Positions 7,911 to 14,014 of a stretch of DNA of 39,206 nucleotides are shown here, piece after piece (positions within the stretch are counted from its first letter, which is position 1; the number at the start of each line of letters is the position of its first letter). The stretch covers positions 1 to 39,206 of IMG/VR virus record IMGVR_UViG_3300037755_000165. The stretch is one strand, 5' to 3'. The notes below the pieces were generated by a model, which saw only the letters and a list, made by a program, of their open reading frames with translations, did no database searches and was not told where the DNA came from. The position numbers were made by a program, and so were the translations under genes. This DNA comes from a virus (lineage: Duplodnaviria; Caudoviricetes).

Positions 7911-8413
7911 TTCTCCCGGAACAGGTGCCGCAACTACTCGAGGATCTTCGCGCCTACATGACGGAGGTCTGCGAAGTGAGTCTCGCGGACTGGCAGGACA
8001 ACCCGAATTCAGGCGCTTGGGTGAAGTTCAGGCTCCCGGATGAGAAGCACTTGGAGATTTACCGCGGGAAGTATCGAGCGGGCAGGACCCAGAAGTTCGG
8101 GCAGCGCTACCACATGATGCTAATCGAGATCAACGACGACGAGATGCCAATGCCAAACGAACCGGAAGTGAAAGCCAGGAAACTGAGTCAGATTGCCGGC
8201 GGCTTGTGCCATGACGCCAAGTTCCGCGCGTGGTGCGAGTCCCAGTACGGCGAGCCTTGCCCGGATGAAGCGGCAGCGGCGCAGTTGATCCGCGAGGTCT
8301 GCGGGGTCGAGTCGCGGTCTTACTTGGATGTGGACATGGACGCGGCTAAGGTGTTCCGGGACTTGCTCGCGGACTATGACAAGGCGAAAGATGGCCAGCA
8401 AGCCGGAGCGTGA
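7907..8413 (+). CDS. Phage hypothetical protein
   Basis: Coupled to dnaB (ATGA); C-terminal LCHDAKFRAW...IREVCGVESRSYLD segment typical of nin-region phage proteins. Confidence 0.6.
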   Translation: MILPEQVPQLLEDLRAYMTEVCEVSLADWQDNPNSGAWVKFRLPDEKHLEIYRGKYRAGRTQKFGQRYHMMLIEINDDEMPMPNEPEVKARKLSQIAGGLCHDAKFRAWCESQYGEPCPDEAAAAQLIREVCGVESRSYLDVDMDAAKVFRDLLADYDKAKDGQQAGA

Positions 8414-8690
8414 GTGGATGGATGCCATAACCCGGATGGGCTGCATCGTTTGCATCCTGCAGGGCTATTGGCATACACCGGGCGTCCCGCACCATCTGCT
8501 GACGGATGGAGGTAGGCGCCGCGGGCACCTGTTCACGATCTGCTTATGTGATCCTGGGCACCATCAAAATGCGCCAGCACGAAGCGGGAAGATAAGCAGG
8601 CACCCCAACAAGTTCCGGTTTGAGGCTGCTTATGGCACCGAGGAATCGCTACTCGAGCGCACGCAGGAAATGGTGAGGGCTACCGCATGA
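8391..8690 (+). CDS. Ref-like (recombination enhancement) HNH nuclease
   Basis: GCIVC...HH...ICLC..GHH...H...FEAAYGTE pattern. Confidence 0.7.
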   Translation: MASKPEREWMDAITRMGCIVCILQGYWHTPGVPHHLLTDGGRRRGHLFTICLCDPGHHQNAPARSGKISRHPNKFRFEAAYGTEESLLERTQEMVRATA

Positions 8691-9106
8691 CTCTCGCGGT
8701 GCGATGGACCGAGGATCAGCTGGCGGACTTTGAACGGCGCCGCAAAGAGTTCAAGGGCGTTGACATTGATGCGGTGCATAGCAAGCCTCGGCCGGCGCCA
8801 AGCCCGGTTAAGGAAAGCAAGATAGAGCGCCGGTTTGCGCAGCAGTTGGCGGAATCCGGGCTCCCCGGGCACCAGCGCAACTACTTCTTTCTGCACGATC
8901 GGGACTTAGAGCTCGACTTCGCTTGGCCAGGCCGGAAAGTGGCGGTAGAGATTCAGGGTATGGCGCATCGTATCAAGGGCAAGTTCAAGCGCGACATTGA
9001 AAAGCGGGCCCTTGCCTTGCTGGCTGGCTGGAAATTGCTAGAGTTGGATGGAGCAAGCGTACGTGACGGCCGCGGCCTTGAATGGCTGCGGCAATTACTC
9101 GGGTAA
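8687..9106 (+). CDS. DUF559/Vsr-like PD-(D/E)XK endonuclease
   Basis: ESKIE...LDFAWP..KVAVEIQG..H......RDIEK...GW motifs. Confidence 0.75.
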   Translation: MTLAVRWTEDQLADFERRRKEFKGVDIDAVHSKPRPAPSPVKESKIERRFAQQLAESGLPGHQRNYFFLHDRDLELDFAWPGRKVAVEIQGMAHRIKGKFKRDIEKRALALLAGWKLLELDGASVRDGRGLEWLRQLLG

Positions 9107-9150
9107 ACTGTCGCGCCGGATGAGCCAGGATCCCTCGGGCTCAGCTGGAA

Positions 9151-9180
9151 GTCCCCCGGGCCTTGCAGGGTCCGGGGGGC
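9151..9180. terminator. GC-rich hairpin between convergent operons
   Basis: GTCCCCCGGGCC-TTGCAG-GGTCCGGGGGGC between stops at 9106 (+) and 9186 (-); no strong U-tract. Confidence 0.5.
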
Positions 9181-9185
9181 GATTC

Positions 9186-9698
9186 TCAGGCGGCTAGCTG
9201 GCGCCTTACGAAGTCTGCCAGGATGTCAGGCACCACGGCCGGCGTAGGCTTCGCTTGTTCCGCATGGTATCGCGCCGAAGCTGCAGCACTCGCACGCGCT
9301 ACGGATAGCGCTACCTTGCGCTCCTGCTTTCCAAGTCTGGTATGTGACGGGAAGAAACCGGCTTGCGGCGTCACGGGACTGGCCACGGGCTCGCGCTTGT
9401 AGCCGGCCGCGATGAAGTCCCGGACCAGCTTAGACGGATAGGGCAGTCCGGGCGCCCCGTGAGTCCAAGCCGGGAACGTGGCAGGCGCCCCGGGCTTGAA
9501 AGCCCATCCTGCAGCGATGCCGGACTTAGCGTGCGCTACATGGCCAGCGTATGCCGCAGCGCTCGCCTTGGGCCCCGCAGGCTCGCCCCGTGGCCATCCC
9601 GCGAAACCCGGGCTTTCAGGGTCCGGGATCCGCGTTTCGCCTTCATAGGTCCAGCCGGAAAAGCTGTCCGTGTATTTGCAGCTTGTGCAGGTACACAT
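9186..9698 (-). CDS. Hypothetical protein (170 aa), inverted cassette gene 5
   Basis: ATG 9698 (TAATG coupling), MCTCTSCKY...; ends RRQLAA. Confidence 0.55.
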   Translation of the reverse strand: MCTCTSCKYTDSFSGWTYEGETRIPDPESPGFAGWPRGEPAGPKASAAAYAGHVAHAKSGIAAGWAFKPGAPATFPAWTHGAPGLPYPSKLVRDFIAAGYKREPVASPVTPQAGFFPSHTRLGKQERKVALSVARASAAASARYHAEQAKPTPAVVPDILADFVRRQLAA

Positions 9699-10201
9699 TA
9701 GGCGGCGCTCCTTTCCTCTATGTAGTAATCCCAAGGTGCATCTTCGTAACCCGGCAACATCCTGATAGCAGCGTGGCGGATGGACTCGAGCAGGCGGTAG
9801 GATACGGACTGTTCCCAATCTTCCGTTTCGCAGGACTGATAGGTGAGGCCGTCGCACATTTTCAAGATGGCGATGGGCTTTAGGGCCCAGTTGACGTGAT
9901 TGAAGTGCGCCGGCTGCACGATGATATGGAGCGGCTTGATACATGGGCCGGGTAGCGAGTCCCATGTATCGCTGGGGTAGCGAGCCCGCACGCTGCGGAT
10001 GTTTTCTTGGTACAGCGTATCGGCGTACAGCGTGGCGAGCTCGGCAGGATTGAAATTCTCGAGTCCGCGCAGCTTTGCCTCTGGGTGAGTCAGTCCATTG
10101 ATATAGCGCGGATCCACTCGCCATTCGCGCCCATGCCTGCGAGAAGCGGCAAACACGGCCAGCGCTATGAAGTGGTCAGGACTGCAGATGTATGCACTCA
10201 T
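9698..10201 (-). CDS. Conserved phage/plasmid hypothetical protein, cassette gene 4
   Basis: MSAYICSPDH, ENIRSVRARY, YQSCE..DW and LPGYEDAPW motifs, which I recognise from mobile-element proteins of unknown function. Confidence 0.7.
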   Translation of the reverse strand: MSAYICSPDHFIALAVFAASRRHGREWRVDPRYINGLTHPEAKLRGLENFNPAELATLYADTLYQENIRSVRARYPSDTWDSLPGPCIKPLHIIVQPAHFNHVNWALKPIAILKMCDGLTYQSCETEDWEQSVSYRLLESIRHAAIRMLPGYEDAPWDYYIEERSAA

Positions 10202-10210
10202 GGAATCCCC

Positions 10211-10585
10211 CTATGCGGCTAGTTGCTGGGCGACTTCAACTTGCCCGGCGTGGAACAAGTAGCAAACCGGGAACCATTCCGGGCCCCGTACCTCGGCGCC
10301 TTGCATCATGGCGACTTGGGCGAGATCCGAAACCCGGGCGCCTTCAGGGATTGCCAGGTGCCGCGGAGTTCCCCAAATCGGGAATCCTTGCTCGCCCTTG
10401 CGTACAGGCGTGCCGGCATCTTTCCATGCGGCGAACGTGCGGAAATCGGATTGGCCGGTTTGCTCGCTGTAATAGGCGACGATCGCGGCATTGACGTTCG
10501 GAAACTTTCCGGCTTTGACAAGGGGCCGCAGCGCCTTGCTGATCGCCTTCAATTCATTCCTGCGGGGATTGGGCTTGTGTTGCAT
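10211..10585 (-). CDS. ArdC N-terminal (DUF1738)-like ssDNA-binding/anti-restriction protein, cassette gene 3
   Basis: FRTFAAWKDAGTPVRKGEQGFPIW and FPVCYLFHAGQVE match the ArdC-N pattern (F.TF.QW...G..V.KGE...I...F....VF...Q); AGGAGGG RBS; no metalloprotease domain. Confidence 0.75.
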   Translation of the reverse strand: MQHKPNPRRNELKAISKALRPLVKAGKFPNVNAAIVAYYSEQTGQSDFRTFAAWKDAGTPVRKGEQGFPIWGTPRHLAIPEGARVSDLAQVAMMQGAEVRGPEWFPVCYLFHAGQVEVAQQLAA

Positions 10586-10626
10586 GATTCCCTCCTGAGT
10601 GATCCGGCTTGCAGGCCGGCAGTGCG

Positions 10627-10809
10627 TTAGATCGAGCGATTGAATCCAGCTAACCCGGACAGCAGCATCATGCGAGCGTGCGGCTTGATACCTGCTAGGC
10701 GGGTCGCTGTGTAAACCCGGAAAAGGTCTGCATCGCGCTGGTCTGCACTCAACTGTTTCCAGCTGAGTGCGTAGGCGTGCGCGGGCATCGTGGCGGCTTG
10801 GCGGTTCAT
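10627..10809 (-). CDS. Hypothetical protein (60 aa), cassette gene 2
   Basis: ORF track; ATGA coupling to gene 1. Confidence 0.5.
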   Translation of the reverse strand: MNRQAATMPAHAYALSWKQLSADQRDADLFRVYTATRLAGIKPHARMMLLSGLAGFNRSI

Positions 10810-11006
10810 TCCCAGTACGTTCCGCCGAGGGCGCCACGGACCTTGACCATCCCCATGTCGCGCATGACTTGATCGCGGTCCCTGCGTGCCTTGTTGCGCA
10901 TGGCGCGCTTGTTGTCTTCGGCGAGCACTACCGCTTGCGCGTCAGACGTGGAAAGGCCCTGATCCTCGAGTGCTAGAACCCGGGCTGCGTAAGACTTCGT
11001 ATTCAT
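10806..11006 (-). CDS. Small hypothetical protein (66 aa), cassette gene 1
   Basis: AGGAGGG RBS before ATG 11006; MNTKSYAARV...MRDMGMVKVRGALGGTYWE. Confidence 0.65.
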   Translation of the reverse strand: MNTKSYAARVLALEDQGLSTSDAQAVVLAEDNKRAMRNKARRDRDQVMRDMGMVKVRGALGGTYWE

Positions 11007-11052
11007 GTTGTCGCCCTCCTGGTTAGTGGCCCTTGCAGGGGCCGATGAGTGA

Positions 11053-11083
11053 ATTATATGCATATATGCATAGATCAAGTCAA
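11053..11083 (-). promoter_or_regulatory. Sigma70 promoter of the inverted cassette with an overlapping repressor operator (11058-11071)
   Basis: Minus strand TTGACT-19 nt-TATAAT; the perfect palindrome TATGCATATATGCATA (11057-11072) covers the spacer and the edge of the -10. Confidence 0.7.
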
Positions 11084-11102
11084 GGGGAAAATAGTTCCCA
11101 GC

Positions 11103-11238
11103 AAACCCGGCCCTCGAGGATCCCGCCTTACCAGTTGACGAAACCCGGACATGGGGTTAGGTAGTCATGCACCTACGCATTGAGGCGCCATGCTCGAAAC
11201 CCGGCCGCAGGTTGAAAGGTCTTCCGTCAAACCCGGCC
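11103..11238 (+). repeat. Cluster of AAACCCGG(CC) direct repeats
   Basis: Copies at 11103, 11141, 11197 and 11229; six more AACCCGG copies at 9604-10983. Confidence 0.7.
11167..11180. promoter_or_regulatory. Additional operator-like site
   Basis: ATGCA-CCTA-CGCAT (reverse ATGCG-TAGG-TGCAT) fits the OL/OR consensus. Confidence 0.5.
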
Positions 11239-11563
11239 GTATGGAGCGCCCTCCATGCTCTACGTGCTCTAAGGCGTGTCCTACTCTCCGCGGCGCCCCT
11301 TACCCTTCCCACTCCTCAGCGCTTCCCTCAGCCCACCCTCGCAAGCCGGCGCCGCACTCCAGCCAGGTCAAGCGCCTAACTCCCCAAGAGCTCGGCCACT
11401 CAGCCGGGGCGGAAGGCAGTAGGCCAGGGGGAAGGGTGATAGGCAAACTCAATCGCCGCGTGCGCGCAGATAGATCAGCGAATGGGCGCGGACATGGGAA
11501 GGGGCACGCACCGCAGCGCAGCATTGGGCGATCGGCCGGCGGATACAGGCACCGAACATCACG

Positions 11564-11576
11564 CAACCCATTGATA
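11564..11576 (-). promoter_or_regulatory. IHF consensus site in the putative packaging region
   Basis: Minus strand TATCAATGGGTTG matches WATCAANNNNTTR exactly. Confidence 0.5.
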
Positions 11577-11733
11577 GTGCGTGCCTCTCGCTGCTACCAG
11601 TCAGAGCAGCGCATGCACATCAGCCCAGCTGCAGGCCGAGGAGCGCCAGGCCAGAGGCAATCGGCCCACCCCCACCGGGGCTTCCGCTGTCACCCATGCC
11701 GTAGATCAGCCGAGGGATAGGAACCCCACCCCA

Positions 11734-12240
11734 ATGCCACACGTTGATCCAATCAAGCGGCGCGAATACTTGCGTAGGAAGGACGCGAGGAAATCCAGGA
11801 CAGCGAGCAAGAAGGCGCAGCTGAGACGTAGGTATTACGCGAACAGGGAAGTGATCCTAGCCAAGAAGAAGGAATACCGCAGGACGGAGCGTGGGCGAGC
11901 AGTAGAGCGCGCGTATTTTTCTCGGCCTCACGCGCGGCTCGGCATGAGGCTCAGGAGTCGAATCTGGCGCATCTTGAAGAAGCGCCCACAGGGCGTGAGC
12001 GCGGTCGGGCTGCTCGGCTGCTCCGCGAAGGAGGCCGTTGCCCACATCGAGCGGCAATTCCAGCGCGGCATGACGTGGGCGAATTGGGGCGAGTGGCACG
12101 TAGACCACATCCGGCCGCTGTCTGGTTTTGACCTTCGAGATCCGGCGCAAGCCGCGGGCGCCTGCCACTTCACGAACCTGCAACCGCTCTGGGCCAAGGA
12201 CAACATGGCCAAGGGCGCGAAGGCGGTTTACCTCCTATGA
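11734..12240 (+). CDS. HNH (endonuclease VII-like) homing endonuclease
   Basis: Basic N-terminus followed by GMTWANWGEWHVDHIRPLSGFDL...HFTNLQPLWAKDN. Confidence 0.85.
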   Translation: MPHVDPIKRREYLRRKDARKSRTASKKAQLRRRYYANREVILAKKKEYRRTERGRAVERAYFSRPHARLGMRLRSRIWRILKKRPQGVSAVGLLGCSAKEAVAHIERQFQRGMTWANWGEWHVDHIRPLSGFDLRDPAQAAGACHFTNLQPLWAKDNMAKGAKAVYLL

Positions 12241-12548
12241 AACCGCCGAAGTGCCGAAACTGCGGCGCGGCCGAGTGGCGTCACATCTGCGCATCTAACG
12301 GAGCATCTAACACATGCACCACAAACGAGGTAAGGGGAAGTCGGCGCGTGCGGGTTGCAAGATGTGCAAGCCGAACAAGCTCGGCCGTGGGCTTGAGCAC
12401 GAACTCGGGCACCGCGGGTTCGGGAAACTCAGGCGGGAGCGCGCCGCAGCCTGGGACGAAAAAGCAGCGTTGGGATAGGGAGAAGTACAACGCCTACCAG
12501 CGTGGGTTGATGCGGGCTCGTCGGGCTGCGCGGCGGGTTTCGGCATGA
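12237..12548 (+). CDS. Hypothetical protein (CxxC..H-C N-terminus, basic C-terminal helix)
   Basis: ATGA coupling at both ends; KCRNCGAAEWRHIC and WDREKYNAYQRGLMRARRA. Confidence 0.6.
   Translation: MKPPKCRNCGAAEWRHICASNGASNTCTTNEVRGSRRVRVARCASRTSSAVGLSTNSGTAGSGNSGGSAPQPGTKKQRWDREKYNAYQRGLMRARRAARRVSA
12314..12478 (+). CDS. Nested 54-aa basic CxxC protein in an alternative frame
   Basis: GGAG RBS at 12300-12303; MHHKRGKGKSARAGCKMCKPNKLGRGLEHELGHRGFGKLRRERAAAWDEKAALG. Confidence 0.5.
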   Translation: MHHKRGKGKSARAGCKMCKPNKLGRGLEHELGHRGFGKLRRERAAAWDEKAALG

Positions 12549-12739
12549 GCCCGATGATCTGCGTCAGGAAGAAGGACAAGCAGGCCGGGTGGCTGTCTAT
12601 CGACTTCCAGGACGATGAGGAGATCGAGGCCGTGATCGTGATTCCGACCTTTGGACCGGACCACAACGCCGGGATGGACTGCTGGTGCCACCCGAGCCGG
12701 GAAGAAGCTGGCGTCATCGTGCATAACGAGCACCACTGA
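12545..12739 (+). CDS. Hypothetical protein (H..CWC.P...H motif)
   Basis: ORF track; coupled to neighbours. Confidence 0.6.
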   Translation: MSPMICVRKKDKQAGWLSIDFQDDEEIEAVIVIPTFGPDHNAGMDCWCHPSREEAGVIVHNEHH

Positions 12740-12993
12740 TGAGCGCGAAGCTCCTTGAGTTCCCTGAACGAGACGTAACCGATGTTCCCCGCGGTTTGCG
12801 CTCATTGGCCGACAGCATCATGAACGGTGAGTTCGGCGGCGCCCACAACCTCGTTTGGGTTATCGACTGCGGGGACGGAAGGATTGAGATTGGACTACTC
12901 GGGCAAGCTGCCGAGACAGGCCCGGTAGCTCACTTCCTGATGTGCCTTGCCCAGCAGAAGTTGCTGAGCGGGACCTTGAAGGAGGGGGCATGA
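12739..12993 (+). CDS. Hypothetical protein
   Basis: TGATG coupling. Confidence 0.6.
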   Translation: MSAKLLEFPERDVTDVPRGLRSLADSIMNGEFGGAHNLVWVIDCGDGRIEIGLLGQAAETGPVAHFLMCLAQQKLLSGTLKEGA

Positions 12994-13235
12994 AGCACAT
13001 CAGCCACTTTCTCGCCAAGCTGGGGCTCGTGAAGGAGCCGGGTTGGCTGCCCAAGACAGCGAGCCCGAGGGACATCTACCAGTTCGGCTACGAGAACGGG
13101 ATGGCCTGGGGGGAGGTAGTTGGGAGGAAGCAAGCCTTCGACGACCTGATGGAGCACCTGAGATTGAGCGGGAGGACGCTGGAGGAAGCTCAAGCAGCGG
13201 ACGTGGTGGCTGTACGGGCAAAGAGCACGCACTGA
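12990..13235 (+). CDS. Hypothetical protein
   Basis: AGGAGG RBS; ATGA coupling. Confidence 0.6.
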   Translation: MKHISHFLAKLGLVKEPGWLPKTASPRDIYQFGYENGMAWGEVVGRKQAFDDLMEHLRLSGRTLEEAQAADVVAVRAKSTH

Positions 13236-14014
13236 TGACCGAACCGACTTCGACCGCGCAGGATCAACCGGCTGTCGCTTCTCCTCCCCCCCCTGGGGCG
13301 CAGACGCCTGCGCGGCCGAACCCAGTTCTGGGGAAGCCCCTGACTGCCAAGCAGCAGACCATATACGACCTCTCCCGCCCGTTTTCCGAAGGTGGGCAGG
13401 GTAAGAAGCGCATCGAAGTCGCGGCGATCATGGGGATTTCCGTGCCGGTTGTCTCCAAGACCCTCGCGGTGGTCTACCGCAAACTCGGTTTTCCGAAGCG
13501 CCCGGGTTCCAGGTTGAGGCTTACCGAACTGCAGCAGCCGGAAGTCGCGGCTGCGGCCATCGAAGCCGCCGCGGATCCTTGGGCTGACTCCATGAAGCAG
13601 GCGATCGACAAGGCGAACGAGCAGCTGAAACTCGCCGGGCTTCCAGCGAAGGTCACTGAATCCCTTGTCCGACGACTCCGGGTGAAATATTGCAACGCGG
13701 TCTACGCCGCGAAGGACCTGCGGACCAAGGAAATCCTGGAGATGCTGGGCAAGAAGATCGACCTTGCAGCCTTCTACCTGGATGACAAGGTGATGGCCGA
13801 GGCTTCAGCCAGGGACCTCATGCTCGGCATGACTGCCTTGGTAGAAAAACGCAACCTCCTGCGCGGGGAGCCGACTCAGATCATCAGCGACCATGAGCGG
13901 GCGAAGATCCACGAGCTCGTGCCGAAACTGCTTGAGGAAGCAAGGCGCCGCGGCCTGACGGTCGAAGGCGAAGTAACCGGGAAATCCATTGAACCTCTCG
14001 GAACTGCAGCCTAG
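13235..14014 (+). CDS. Putative terminase small subunit with N-terminal HTH
   Basis: HTH LTAKQQTIY...EVAAIMGISVPVVSKTLAVVYRKLG; helical oligomerisation-like ASARDLMLGMTALVEKRNLLRGEPT; immediately upstream of TerL. Confidence 0.6.
   Translation: MTEPTSTAQDQPAVASPPPPGAQTPARPNPVLGKPLTAKQQTIYDLSRPFSEGGQGKKRIEVAAIMGISVPVVSKTLAVVYRKLGFPKRPGSRLRLTELQQPEVAAAAIEAAADPWADSMKQAIDKANEQLKLAGLPAKVTESLVRRLRVKYCNAVYAAKDLRTKEILEMLGKKIDLAAFYLDDKVMAEASARDLMLGMTALVEKRNLLRGEPTQIISDHERAKIHELVPKLLEEARRRGLTVEGEVTGKSIEPLGTAA

Noticed and set aside
9127-11124. AGGATCCC at both flanks of the inverted cassette as a target-site duplication
   Set aside because: An 8-bp match is plausible by chance, there is no transposase, and the cassette carries the phage's own operator.
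11135-11163. Rightward late promoter TTGACG-17-TAGGTA
   Set aside because: The -10 lacks the conserved final T; too weak to call without TSS data.
11103-11238. AAACCCGG repeats as a mini CRISPR array
   Set aside because: Repeats are only 8-10 nt with irregular spacing (38, 56, 32 nt), and there are no cas genes.
11167-11720. ORFs 11167-11379, 11190-11720 and 11300-11566 as real genes
   Set aside because: Pro/Arg/Ser-rich low-complexity translations without an RBS; the region looks regulatory or structural.
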